A DNA stretch of 64,000 nt from contig MU006089.1 of assembly GCA_010093705.1 (NCBI GenBank), forward strand, positions 2,529,561-2,593,560. The letters run 5' to 3'. A program made the position numbers and the translations under genes. Below the pieces are notes generated by a model. That model was not told the DNA's origin and made no database searches. It saw only the letters and a program-made list of their open reading frames with translations. This stretch comes from Patellaria atrata CBS 101060. Its lineage: Eukaryota. This document shows positions 11,194-24,973 of this stretch, piece by piece (the first letter of the stretch is position 1; each line of letters begins with the position of its first letter).

Positions 11194-12207
11194 ATGGCCG
11201 ACATTAACCTCCAAGAAATCCATGATTTCCTCCTCTCAGTCGCCCATGAAGCCGGCCCAATGATCACCTCCGCCCACCCCTCCACTGCCTCCTCTGGTAG
11301 TAAGAAGAACTGTGAGTAGTTCTGAGTATGCCTCCTACCTAGAATCACCCCCTCATCATTTAGCCCCAATCCTGAGCATGAATTAATCCGCTCTTTAGCC
11401 GTCGACCTCGTCACAGAAACCGACCGCGCCGTCGAGAAGCTCATCTCCACCAAGCTTCGCAACCAATATCCAAATTTCGAGTACTAACCCCCCCCCCCCC
11501 CCCCCCCCTCTATACAACTTCAGCTAACCCACATCAGATTCATAGGCGAAGAAACATACACCCCCAGCACGACGCTGACAGATACGCCTACCTTCATCGT
11601 CGACCCAATCGACGGCACAACCAACTTCGTCCACTCCTACCCCTACGTCTGCATCTCACTCGGCCTCGCCGTCAAACGCCGCCCCATGGTCGGCATCGTG
11701 TACAACCCCTTTACCAACAACTTCTACAGCGCGATACGCGGCCAGGGCGCTTTTCTCAATCAAACCCAAAAGCTCCCCCTGCGGCCCGCAACGCCATTGG
11801 AGGGGTTGGAGAAGGCGCTCATCGCCGTGGAATGGGGCTCCGACCGCTCCGGTAACGATTTCAAGGTGAAAGAGAAGACGTTCGCGCGACTCTGTCGCCG
11901 TAAGGAGGAGGGCGGTGCGATGGTACACTCGCTGAGGTCACTAGGGAGTGCGGCGCTGAACCTATGCGGTGTAGCGGCAGGGCAGTTGGATGCGTACTGG
12001 GAGGCTGGGTGTTGGGCGTGGGATGTCTGTGCTGGTTGGGTTATACTCGAGGAAGCTGGCGGGATGATCGTGGATGCGAATCCTGGCAATTGGGAGCCGA
12101 GAATTGATGAGAGGAAGCACCTTGCTGTGCGAGGGGGTGAGGGGCAAAGGGAGTTTGTGGAGCAGTTTTGGGGATGTGTGGAGGGTACTTTTGAAGTGGA
12201 TCCTTAG
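11194..12207 (+). CDS. Inositol monophosphatase family protein (2 introns)
   Basis: Motifs DLVTETD, FIGEE, DPIDGTTNF, GSAALN and WDVCAG. Introns at 11313-11398 and 11481-11537. Confidence 0.95.
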
Positions 12208-12285
12208 ACGAGAAAATGATGTACATGCGCACAAATGATGTGGTATATATTCAACTAAACATAGGAATGAAAATGATCACAGTCT

Positions 12286-14507
12286 TTACGCCCTAGCTTT
12301 AATAAGGTCCGCAGCCTGCGAAGATGCACCCGTTAGCCTTTATACTCACAGACACAGGGAAGACCAGAGTAGGAAACATCAAGACATACCTTCTCAGCAA
12401 CCGCATACACCGTCGCGCCCAAGTGTGCCCCTGGAATGAGCGGAATAATACTCGCATCCACAATACTCAAACCCATCGTCTCATAGACCCTCAAATCCGG
12501 ACCGACCACTCCTCCCCGATTAAACGGCATCATGGCACAAGTGCCGACCGCATCCCCCGAACTCGGCAAGACCTTCTCCCTCAGCAACAACTCGATCTGC
12601 GCATCGCTCACCGCATTCTTCTGCATCGCCGTCTCCACGGGGCCTAACTTCCTATGCGCCGGCGCCTCGAACCACTTCCTCGAGAACTTGAAGATCTCGA
12701 TGAAGAGCTGGAGATCGACGGGATGGTAGAAGGTGCGGAAGTCGACGAGGGGCGGTGTCTCGAAGGGTGCGGCGCGGTCGAGGCTGACAGTGCCGCGGGA
12801 GAGGGGCTTCAGCATGATGAGGGGGGAGGAGGATTTGCCGGTGAAGGGAATCGCGAGGGCTGCGGAGGCGGGGGAGGAGAGGGAAGAGAGGACGGTGCTC
12901 TCTTGCATGTTGAAGCCGATGCGGAGGGAGGTCGTGTAGGTGCCAGGAAGGGAGATCTGAGAGCGAGCGCGGCTGGTGGAGGAGGTTATGGTGTCGGTGT
13001 TTGCGACGGCGGTGTTGAGGGAGAGGAAAGCGGCAGTGTTAGCGGTGGCAACCGTAAGAGGGCCTGAAAGAATTAGAGAGGAAGAAATGAAAATTGAACG
13101 GGTTTTGCACCTCGTTGATGGTTCGTGTATTCAGCTTGCGCCCAGTCATAGAAGGTTTGGTTGAATTTTGGACTGGAGCGGTCTAGCATGTCAGGATTAG
13201 GGGATACATTAGTGTTATCTGTGAACTGTTCTTAGCTTCTTGTCTACGTTGGGGTGTCTATAAGGGTTCATGAGTCTTACAATCGTACTGGCGGGTCATG
13301 TACGCATGATCCTGGAGGTTTACACCCACCCCTGGAACCTCAAGCACACGCGGGATTTTAGCACGGTCGATGAGAGGGAAATGACCAACTCCACTACGTT
13401 GTAGGATAATCGGAGAATGAAAGGTACCGGCCGCAAGTATAATCTCCTTGTTCGCAGATACAGTGCTGACTTCTCGCGTACCTCTGTTGCGGAATGTGAT
13501 CGAAGTGGCTCGCAAAGTCGAGGTAGAGTTGTTCGGAAGAGGGTCGTGGGTGCTGGAGTTAGTGAACTTGATAGTCAAAACTTCGTGTTTAGTCAGGAGA
13601 TCATAGTTGTCTCTTGGAGCTGCTCGATCGTGGTAAGCCGTTTTAGCATATGATCTCGTCCAAGTTCTCGGATCTAGGGCTGACGGTGCCCAAAATACAC
13701 CTACAGCGTCACCGCTTGATGCTTTAGCGGGTGACTTGACTCCGAGTTCTTTCCAGGCATTCACCTGAGCCTTAGTTCCGGGCCATTGCCATGGCGGGTA
13801 ACTTGCGTAGATGGGCCCGTCGCCGTATGCAGATTCGTCCTCAACGATGCCGAATTCTTGCTGGAGTTCTTTGTTTGGTAACGTAAGGGTTGTGCTCTAG
13901 AACACGTGAGTTACTCAATATTAGATAAGGAAGAGCTGTATATACCTTACGGAAGTACGGAAGCAAGTCTTCAAAACCCCATCCTGGGTTTCCCAGCTTC
14001 TCCCAATTATCGTAGTCCTCAGCGGCGCCACGGTCTAGCAACATGCCATTGACGGCAGATCCGCCACCGACAACAGCAGCAGCCTGGATCGCAAAGGTTT
14101 TATTGTTGAGATGGTAGTTCACAGCTGTTGAGAAATTGAAAAAGTCTCTTCCTAGACTTGCAGCTCCAGTTGACGGGAGGAGAATATCCTTATTGTTATC
14201 GATGTCGCCGTATTCCACGACAAGAACAGTCTCTATCCGCTCCAGAGTCAGTCTCATATATCGAATAGCGTCTGAACATGCGAATCAGATGTCACTCACT
14301 TGTCCCATCTTCTGACAATCGATCAGCTACCACAAGGCCGGATTGTCCGCCTCCTATTATCACGTAGTCATAACTTTCAGCGAGCTCAGCAGCTGATCTC
14401 TTGATGTTAGCAATATGTCTGTAACCGGTAGGCGATGCATCAACAGAACAAGTCAGTATCAGGAGAACCTGTAGGAAAGTAGATATTAGGACATAAAACG
14501 GCTCCAT
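12286..14507 (-). CDS. Secreted GMC oxidoreductase (AA3_2-like), multi-exon
   Basis: Signal peptide, DYVIIGGGQSG FAD-binding motif, GGGSAVNG, GVGVNLQDH, GGVVGPDLRV, and ATVYAVAEK|AADLIKARA*. Confidence 0.93.
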
Positions 14508-15269
14508 TGCTCTTGTCTCGATTGACTTCTACTCCTCGCAACGTATCTATTCGACTCTCCAATTGATTTTTATATAGTCCATGGTGGAACCTATTTTCAT
14601 TGAGGGATACAAAAATAAATCGAGGACAGATAGTATACAATATTCTTTTCAAATCATTCCCATGGTTGCACCGCATGATGGAATAGTCTAGTCCAATCCT
14701 GCTCATGGGACTGCACTACAAAGTCTACAACAACAGTTGAATTTTATAGAGGTTGAAAGTTGAAACTCAGAGTGTGGATCGGCTAATTAAACGTTCAAAC
14801 TCCCTTGTTCAATTTACGGTTGACGGCAACTTCAAATTCGGGAGCCCGAAACATTAGAGCGCAGGGAAGAAGCCATATAATTCTCCCTGGGTAGGACTTC
14901 GGTTGTTGACCCGCTCGTACATTAGATAGATCTGGAAGAATTAGCACAAGCCTTTCTGATTAACGCCAGGTAATAACTTTGCTTAAAATAGACCTTCCTC
15001 GCCCTCAATTTATACAATGTCGGCGCCGACGCAACTTGATTGGAAGAGTCTTACATTCCAATTAGAAGGTCAAAGGAAAGTATGGACAGATCCTAGTGAT
15101 GTACCCATCTATTAACTAGATAGCGATGGTCCCTTCAAGTGCATCCTAGATGCACAAATGAATCTTTATAATATAAGTAATCTCGCCCTTGCAAGTGGTC
15201 TCACCATCATGTTCACTCCAATACGAGCTTGAAAGCGATATTGTAGATTAAGTCGTCCGTCTAGTCTAC

Positions 15270-16596
15270 CTATCTCCAAAGTCCATACGGTCCGGTCGTG
15301 AACTTCCACAACTTTACCGTGCCGTCCTCGCTGCCGGTGGCGTATAGTTTACCATCCGGGGAAAAGCTTGCCGACCAAATCGGCCCGTGGTGTCCCTTAC
15401 CCATTTCTATCATGCTATTAGCACTCATGCAACCCCCGAACTTTGTAGTTTTTGTCACGGCTTACCTAACTCCTTTTCTTCGTCAAAGTCCCATACCCTG
15501 ACCCAAGTGTCACCACCTCCACCGGTAACAAACTTCCTAGCAGCAGAATGCAGAGCCACACTTGCTACCTCCGCCGTCGTCTTTACGCTCTTGATAAGCT
15601 GGGCAGGATGTGCCCCATCGAAGAAATAAACGCTTTTTCCTGCGGCCACACTTATAACTCCACTTCCAGCGCTTCCTTCCGTACCCGCTATATCCAACTC
15701 GCATGTGCCGACTTTACCATCTACAGTATATTCACCAATTGGGGTGCGAGTACGCAAGTCCCACCAACGTATCTTCTGATCCTCGGCGGCGGTCGTTATG
15801 ATATTCAGATCATTGCCCCAGACGATGCTCTTGATAGTACCCCCATGAACTCCTTGACCGATTTCGAAACTAGGAGGTGTTGACGCGGAGGAGCCATTCG
15901 CCGTTGGATTTGTAGGGGAGGAAGACGTGCTACTACGGGATAGGTCGAAGATCCTAAGCTTCTTCTCGGCTCCACCAGTAGCGAGAATCTGCGGTTGAGG
16001 TTGATTAGGAAAAGAGACGGCTCTCACAATATGGTTGTGTTGAAGAGTATGCAAAGCCTCCCCGGTATGTGTATCCCAAACTTTGCTAATCGGACAACAT
16101 TGTCAGCAATGGGTATGTAGAAGCTACCTGAATACTCACGCTGAGAAATCAGCGGAACCCGTAGCAGCGAGAGTTGCATCTGATGAGAGGCGAGCTTGCC
16201 AGACAGCGCCTTTGTGTCCAATGAAAGTGCCGATCCTGCGACAAGTCAGAGTGGCTTCCACGGTATAGAGTATTCGGCCAACCAATCCCCAGTAAGGCCA
16301 TCCCGAAGCATCGGATTATTATCTGCAGCATATCAACACTATTCCGTCTATGGAGGGGAAGATATAGGTACCCTTGCAGGCGGATATAAGGTAGAATTGG
16401 TCATCGTCAACAACAGACGAGAAGCTTAGATGCGTCACCGGCCTCGAATGACCGTGACATGTAAGCGGCACCACTTTCGTAGTCTCAGTCGCTAAAATTA
16501 TCAACAAATTTGAGCTTCTTGAATGGGAGAGCGATTGGAGCAGGTCCATCCAACTGGCCATCCACCACTGGTGTTAGGACACTTACTGGTAGACAT
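15270..16596 (-). CDS. STRAP: WD40 protein, STRAP/UNRIP (serine-threonine kinase receptor-associated protein) orthologue
   Basis: [35 protein letters not shown] and [21 protein letters not shown], with several introns. Confidence 0.9.
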
Positions 16597-17230
16597 GTTT
16601 CAATGAAGAAGTATAAAGACAGTTGGAAGTTGAATGCACAGGAAGTGAGTCGTGCACATGCAATGCACGGAGGTGGAGCTTGGGATCTATATGCCGCTCG
16701 ATGATCCCAAATGCAAGTGAATCTAATTGAATATAACTAGTGATCAGGTATCGCTTCTAACAGTAGGTGATCAAGGTAATCCAGAAGAAAGAATAATGGG
16801 AGGTCTCGTGCGCTCTTTGATGGGTTGAAGAATATACACTAGGGTGGAATTTGACATTCGGTAGTCAAAAAGCGAAGAATGAAATTCGTAATAGTGGTCG
16901 TGGTCTCGTAAATATCATTAAAAGCAGTGCTTGGTACAGCATACAGCAACCTGAAGTAAACCCTAAGCCAAAGGAGTTGACTCCAAAGAGATGGAAGTAA
17001 AGTACGGAGGAGTACTTCGCTCAAATGGTATAGGAGATATTCTCAACTATAGTGACGCGCTAGTGGAGAAATGATTCCCCTCACTCGCGCTAGGTTACAA
17101 ACAAAACAAGCAAACATACCAAGAATCTGTATACAGAAATTCGTAAACAATGAACACTGTGACGGGAGTGCTCTCTAGGAATGCTTTCAATTAAGACCCC
17201 AAGACCTGCAAAGCCAGATAATAATTCAAG

Positions 17231-18499
17231 ATGGCTGATGAGAAGAGAGCGGAGACGGCGCTACTAACAGAACACCTGAGATATACACCTCTGGTACCTT
17301 CTGCCTAAAATATCTGCACACAGCTATACCATGCTAATCGTCCCGCGACCAGACACTCCTCGACGATATAATCAACACTATCAACGAACTAATAGCCCGC
17401 GCAGTCGATGCTGCGGAGTCTGGACTACTTTCCGCTCCTCCTGCAGCACTAGGCTTTGCGCAAAAAGCCGCGGGAAATAACGAAATCCCAGAGACGGACG
17501 AAGAGGGGAATGAGATATATCCAGAGATGAGAAGAGAGATTGAGGAGGGGGTGCACCAGCTGGAGACACTCCTCAACACCGCCACGGATAGGAACTTCGA
17601 TAGATTCGAGATCTGGGTGCTGAGAAACGTGTTGACGTTAAGCTGGGGCGCAAAAGGAGACGCGAAGGACGAGGGTTTGGAGAAGTGGGTGAGACTATCT
17701 CATTACGAGGTAAGAAGCTATAAACCTTCCATTCTTTGCAAATATCAATGTGTAGAATCATCGCTAATATCCCACTTTCCTTTAGGACCTCACCCTCCCC
17801 ACCTCTGACCCTACAACCCCTCCACCATCCCCACATGCCCTCCTTTCCCTCCGGCGCAAACTCCAAGAAACACAAAAACTCCACACAGCCCTCCTGGCCG
17901 AAAAAGCGCGTAATGACGCCCTCCTAACCCAATTCCGCTCCCTCCTCACCCCCGGTCCGTCCAAGCTCGAAACCCCCTCCCCGCAAGGTGCCTCCACGGT
18001 ACCGACCAAAGGCTCGAGCCCACTCCCCTCCTTCTCCTTTCTCACCGCAAGCCCAGCAGCAAAGACCCTCGGCGTCTCCACCTCCCCGAACCCCCAACCC
18101 CACCAAAACCTCACGACATCAACAACTCAACCCACGACCACCGACGGGCCCCTCACGACGAACACAGCGTTCACCCTCTCCCAACTACCCTCTCTCCGCA
18201 GTCTTCTTGCTCAGCTCCGCCCGCGTCTCCCCTCGCTGTCTCTTCCGCTCCCGGCAGACGCGGATTTCGAGTTCGGCAGCGAGAGAGCGCAGGAGAGGCG
18301 CGAGTACGTGGAGCGCCAGAGCCGACGCGTGCTCGAGAGGCGGGGCGTGGATATTTCCGGTCTCGGGCAGGGAGAGGGGTGGAAGGGGCGTGAGGAGGTC
18401 AGGGCGCTAGAGGAGATCGTGGGCATGTTGGGTAAGGGCAGAGGGGTTGCGGAGGCAGATCCGGATGATGGGGCGCCGGAGGATAGGATGGAGGAGTAG
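17231..18499 (+). CDS. MIS12: Kinetochore protein Mis12/Mtw1 (2 introns)
   Basis: LLTEHLRYTPL|TLLDDIINTINEL and EIEEGVHQLETLL..A.D.NFD.FEIWVLRN. Confidence 0.9.
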
Positions 18500-18980
18500 G
18501 GGAAAGAGGTGGAGAGGAAGCCGGGTTATGGGCCCTTGACAGCTGGTATTATGCGGAGTTTTGCTTGTTAAGGTGGGGAGGACGGTTCTTTGGGATTATG
18601 ATACCATGTTGGCATTTGATTTTTGGAGCTGGATTTTATAATATGTGTACGATACGTTAATGTCTACGCAACTTTTACACACCGCTGTAGAGCACCTTGT
18701 ATACTATTCTCGCCTGTATCACCGTAATATCTTATGATACGTATTCCATTTACAAGCCAGCCCAGAGCTACTACAAAAATGACAGAATACAGCTAGTGCC
18801 GGCGTATGATATCACCGATATTCGTTATTTCTGTGCTTATTCCTGACCTACTTAAACGACGACCAATGGGTATTTATACACTACCATAACCACAGTCTCA
18901 AACGTCCAATCCCCTAACAACTAAAGCCATAATACAGTTCAAACCTCAATTCGCTATACAACCTTCAAACTCCCACCAGC

Positions 18981-21956
18981 CTAATACACAACCGGCCTCT
19001 TAAAAACCGGCACCTTCTCAAAGTCATCCTCACTCCAGACCACATTCCCCTTCCCATCCAACTCCGCCCCCTCATCCGAACTCCCAATCCCCACCTTCCC
19101 ATTCTCCTCGATCTCCCTCCTCGACAAACCCATCTGATCCCTAACCAGCCACAATTTAGGCGTCTTAGACGTGAGTGCGGGATGCAAATACGCATTCTTA
19201 ACCTCCTCGTCGCTGTAACTGGGCGGTTCTTCCTCGGTGGGGGACGGATCATGCGGCGTCGCTTCCCTCAACCACTCCGCCATCGCCTGGCGACTGGCGA
19301 AGATATGCGGTTCCAAGAACCTCGCGACGGGATCGAGGATGCGGCGGGGCAAGCGTCCGTGGCCGAGACTCTCGATACGGGAGCCCGAGTGACCTTCTTC
19401 CGCGGCTGAGAGGAGGGGTTCTTGTTCGTCTTCGTCGGGATGGAGAGGGAGGTACTTCTCCATGGGTTTGATGTGGCGGTTCATGAGGTAGTGGTAAAAA
19501 ATTGTCAGGAAGAAGAGGATGAGCATCATTATGAGGGGTCCGGGGGCTGTGCGGATGCTGAAGAGACCGAGGAGACAGAGTTCGGAGAGATAGACGCCGG
19601 TGAGCATGTGCTGAAGGGCACGGGAGTAGGCTTGGCCCTTTGTGTCGATCTTGGATTGCATTGTGAAGAGGAGGTTGTAACGGTAGCTGAGGTAGTATAG
19701 GGATATCCCGATTCCCGCGAAGCCGAGGACGAGAGGAGCGATGCAGGAGTATGCGATAGCTGAGATTCAGTTAGATATACGTTTAGAGGTATTGGAAATC
19801 GCAGTTATTTGTACCTATTACAGCGAAATTTGTGAACTTGGGATACGAAGATCCCCAACTAAGCCCTTTCATATAGGTATATCTTGTATACTTGTCCCTC
19901 GGCGTCTTATCGAAGAGCCGGCCTAAAAAGATATCCTCAATTAAATCCGAGTAGTTGAGAATATTGTCCGCCGAGGAGGCTACTCCCTGTAGAATAAAAT
20001 ACGTAAGGTAGAAATTCGAAGCCTTTGGTAGGTTATTCCCTAGAAGGATAGGAATGGAAGATGGTTCCTTCGCAATCTTGGTGACCACTGAGGTTGCACC
20101 AGATGTAAATGTTGTGACGAGAAAGACTTGGATAACCTGGAATATGAAATACCAGTTCTGTGTCTTTAACTCAGCCTGAGAGTTAGAAGGCTCTGTTTTC
20201 TTCGCAATATCTGTAGTATGTAAGTGCTCTGTAAAACAAAAGGGAGTAAGCTCTCTCTTACATCTGAAGAACTTCGGTACATATGATACTAGTAGACTCA
20301 ATAAGAATGGAGGCAAAAAGCCACGAATGAGTCCCATTATGGAAGGTGGTAGATTGTCAAGAAACCTGAGGAAGCGCACTCTGTTTGTTAGTTCGCTGAT
20401 GTTAGATAGTGTTCCCACAACACCGACGGGTATAGACCAGAATATAATGATAGCAATGACAAGAGCCCATGAGCTGTAGTTTCCAGAAATCCGAGCCGCG
20501 GGGGTCATGATAATATTATCCCACAGAATCTCCTTTGGTACCATACCTATGAACCTTAAGTCTTTTTGAAGAGTGTTCTCTACCTGATTTACTTGGTGTT
20601 GTAGATTGAGCTCTCGATAAGCTTGCCGTGCGGCAATCTGGTCAGTGTACTCTACAAAAATAGCGCGAGCTCCATGGCTATCTTCTGCATTGTAGGATTC
20701 TCGTGCTTTTTGGACCTTTTCCGCAAGCTCTGAGGTTTTCTTTCGAGACCACTCAATGGTATCCACTTCTTCCCCCACACCGGCTTGTAGCCTATGGGAA
20801 GGTCTGGAATTTCTTATTAGATCTTCCTCATCGCGATTTCCATTACTGGCATTGCCTTCCTTATTGGCCTTGAGTCGTTTCTTGTTAGCGTCGATGATCA
20901 TCTTCACCTCTGCTCCCTCAAGCTGCATAGCTTTGCTGTTTCGCTCATCGGCGACCTTTGAAATCTCACACACATCACTGACAACCCAAGAACGTTGAGC
21001 TTCATCCCCGAAAATACGTTTCAAATTACTCTCATCGTTGGCCCCCTCGGGTGGATTCAGAAACAAGATGGTACGGGAGGAGAGTCTTGCGGCCTGGGTT
21101 TTGGACGAAAGGTAAGCTTGTCTTAGACCAACTAGATAGATCCGTTCACGGGTGACTAAGAACAGAACAATGACTGAAAGGAACAATTAGCTTGCGTGAA
21201 AGTTCAGCTAGATGGATATACGAACTGATGAATACCCACGCAATAACTGCATGTGCGTAAAGCTTTTTCTTGTCATAAACATTGCTAAAGGAGATTCTGT
21301 CAAGCTGGGTTGCAGTTCCTCCTCCCATGGCATTGATTGGGAAGAGAATTGGCCATGTGAGGCAGCAACCAATGAAGCAGATCAAGATAAGGTTCCTTAA
21401 GAACCGAAGGAACAGGTAGGCATCGAGAGAGTTGTGTCTCAGGATGAACTTATCATTCAGATGTCTTACGCTGTGAGCCCAGTCCAATTTCCCATGACCT
21501 TGGAGTGGAGTGTGGTCCCTATAGGTGGTAATCTGTCAGATATTGAGAAGTGCTGACATATCAGGGGGCCATACTTTTCAGGAATAGTTGGGAAATAAGT
21601 TCTCGGTGCATAGAAGCTGCGGTATCTACCACGTATGAAGATGAATATTGTGAGATATACCACTGCAGTCAGAAATGTCGGAATAAAGGCCGCAATGATA
21701 GCAGAGAACGAAGTTGATCCCCTACGGTGTCCGCCGGAAGTTGGGTCCTGCAAATGGTAAGTATAAGTTTTTGTATAGCGAGAAGACGGTTTTCATATTC
21801 GGATAATATATCAAAACTGGTCTCAAAATAATCCATACGTCCTTATAGATATGTTTACGAAATCCTTAAAAAACTTACCTTGGTGGTCCATGTATTCCAT
21901 CCGTTAAGGTTACTGAAGCTTTCGCCAGTCGCATCCAGAAATTGTTGTGAAGCCAT
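18981..21956 (-). CDS. CSC1/OSCA/TMEM63 (DUF221, Phm7/Rsn1-like) calcium-permeable channel, multi-exon
   Basis: YAPRT, LDAYLFLRFL, P.EILWDN, QVIQVFLVTT, LPKASNFYLTY, DTKGQAY.RAL. Confidence 0.92.
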
Positions 21957-22101
21957 GATCTCAGATGAGTAAAACAGAGTCGACTTTTCATATAGTTGCA
22001 ATCATTATTTCCATTAGAACGCGTGAGTTCACGTACCACGATATTTGAGTCCTACCTATGAAGTTAGAGCCAACTTTAAGGCACCAGAGGGTAAACAACG
22101 A

Positions 22102-22138
22102 TGACGTAAGATCAGGTGTGGCTGAGGTCTATGACTCA
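22102..22138. promoter_or_regulatory. CRE-like (TGACGTAA) and AP-1/Gcn4-like (TGACTCA) sites upstream of the CSC1 gene
   Basis: Exact motifs at 22102-22109 and 22132-22138, about 150-180 bp upstream of the ATG at 21956. Confidence 0.35.
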
Positions 22139-22436
22139 GCAATCCCACTGCACGACTTCACTTCATCCCAACGACATCACTGCAAGGTAAACATGAAGAA
22201 AGGACATAAATCTTTTGATTTTCATTTCGTACAGCGCAAACTATAATGAAAGACATTTCAATCATCCATCCAGCTTTCCTTTCGCCGATGACAGTTTTGT
22301 AAGAGACCGATTGGAAGAGAAATATGCACCATCGTCCAGCTTCCATAAGCTTAAGCTTTAAGAGACTGTACGTCAGTTAGCCCCACTTAATGCCAATTGA
22401 ATGCTGACTGCACTAAATCTTATTCGAATATTGTGA

Positions 22437-23273
22437 TTACAACATCATGCCAGCAACAGCAGCGCCGACCACTGCGAGTATTCCGGATCCCACTTGGTAA
22501 GCCGTACCGGCGCCTGTATACTTGGTCACTGTTAGAGTGGCAGAAGTGATATCGGTCGAATTATTTCCGATGGCTGGGCCAATTGTTGGTATGGGATGAG
22601 CGATATTGGTCGAATCGTGTCCAATGAAAGATCCGCCAGTTATAGTGTGAGAAGAGATACTGGTCGAATTGTGTCCAATGACAGGTCCGACAATTGGAGT
22701 AGGGTTCATGGAAACGTGGATACTGGCGGTAACGATGACCTTGACGGTAGTAGTTGAAGGAAAGATCTGATCGGAGGTTTGCATCGAAGTCCAGGTGCTA
22801 GAACTGATACTGGTCTGGGTGGGGCCAGCGGAAACATGAGCATAGGCAACTTCGAGGGCGATATAAGCGTCTTCATTAGTGTTAGCGATATGAGCATTCA
22901 ATGTTTGAATCGTTTTTGAATCTATCTATGTGACAAGCATGAACTTCAGACATTGCGAGACATACCATGAAGTTCAGTAGGGTTGCAGGAAGTTCGCTTT
23001 AAGCAGTTGTCAAGGAGTCCTCCGACGTGAAGGCCATTGGAGCAATCAATCATGATCTCTTGATAGCAGAATTCCTGGAGCATTGATTAACGTACTGTGA
23101 GATGATACAAAGGTCTCATGGTATTTACTTATAGCATAGACCGGGATGTTTTCGATTGAGCCACCACCGGTGAGACCACCGGTGAGACCACCGGTGAGAG
23201 TCGAGGTAGAACTATCATGAGCACTGGCTAAAGCTATGCAGAACAAAGCAATGCTGGGAAAGAAAACCTTCAT
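22437..23273 (-). CDS. Secreted, probably GPI-anchored Ser/Thr-rich surface protein with a Cys-containing (CFEM-like) segment; possibly degenerate
   Basis: Signal peptide MKVFFPSIALFCIALASA, IG[HN][ND]ST repeats, and a C-terminal YTGAG omega-like site plus hydrophobic tail. The first intron donor is non-canonical. Confidence 0.65.
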
Positions 23274-24973
23274 GATGATTGATGTGATTGTAAAGGATTG
23301 TCTCGTGGTGTAAAGAGCGTGTTGTATTTTAGAAAGTATGAGAGAATGAGTTTGTGCGAATGTGTTCAACGAAAGACTGGAGTGAGAGGGTCGGCAAGTT
23401 TGAAAATTTTGGGATGCGGAGGTGCTTTTATACCTGGAGTTGTTTACCTCGAGTAACTCTTATATGCGCTAGTGCGAGACAAGAGTAATACCTTTCGGCA
23501 CTCTTATGTGTCACAAAAGTGTGAGGATTTTTTGAGACTGCGCGATGTCTTAGAACACTCGCGTGCTTCACTCCGCTATCACATATATCTCTGCATGAGC
23601 GCTTCGGGTTGCTACCAGGGAGTAGGATATATCAGTGGATCTAAGGAGTCTATCCACAGACGGGGGAAACGTTACTTTCTGTAATTCTTTTTATCAATTC
23701 AAGCCATGCCTTTGAGCTCTCTTATTACTTATTCAACTGACGGAAAGTATAGAATAAAATTTACTAAGTTAACACAACCCTTAATTCCTTCTGCACATTG
23801 TAATGAATTAAAGGTAGTAGTTATCGGATAGTTCAACGAAAGATATCTACGAATATACCATGGCCTAACTAAAGGGACATAAGAGTAACAGCACTGAAAT
23901 CAATGAATCACGACATATAACTGGAAAAATAAATACATCATAGTACTATCACCATCGCGTGACACTGTGCTCCTCCATACAATGATTCTGCCAGCTAGCG
24001 CAACTGCAAGCGATACATCCAAACGCCAGCCATTTGAAATTGCAAAAAGTGCGTAGGTAATTAAGATTAATGATTTTAGTTGTTTATAAGGTGCGAGAAA
24101 AAAAAAAAGAAAAGAAAAAGAAAAAAACAGTTCCCACGCCCTCCGAAGAGAGCGTGGTACATCTGCCGGGAGCCTTTTCATCTACATTAAGGGCTTCTAA
24201 CTGCAGTCTCGACAGCAGATCACGAATGGGAAGGGTTACGAAATTGCGAAAAGATTAGCTATAATTGAATCGAATAATCTATAAGGCACAACCTAAGGCC
24301 TTGTTTAACTTGGTCAGGAAAGATACTTGTATAAGGATAGGATGAACCATTATTACAGATCGCATTTCGGAGTCTAAGGAGCCCAATTCTGTCTCCTTCA
24401 GCTCGGCTACCATACCCTGATTGATTTCCGGTGTTGCTAATAAATTTTGTACTATTTTATTGAATATCTAAGAGCCATTTGAGAATTCATTGGAGGATGG
24501 GATAGAGTTGTCGTTCAAATTGAGTCTTGCACTGGTGGATAGCGTGATTATATAATATTATGGGGATTTCCGCCACCAGCGCTTTTAGGGTTCGTGATGC
24601 TATGGATGCGGGGAAATCATAGCAAAGAAGAACTGTAAAGTCATGGCATATGTAACATAAAATCAACCACTAATTCAGAAGAGACTTCCTTATACAACCT
24701 ATGCACCTTTCGCTCATTGCTCATTGTCATTTGTGTACAAAACAAAATGCTGGACTGATCCTAGGGCAGCCTCGCTCATCAATTCTTCCAGCAACTCCCA
24801 TATGTAATCGTGCTGCATCTATGCCTCTCTAGCGCGAATCCATGGCCGTTTCAATCATCTATACACCGTCCCGGCGCGTCAAAGATCAGACCAACTCTTC
24901 AGGTTTGAATTATGCACATTTTATCCAGTTCGTAAACTGTTTTCCCTCAATTTGATTTTCATCGTGTTCCCAA

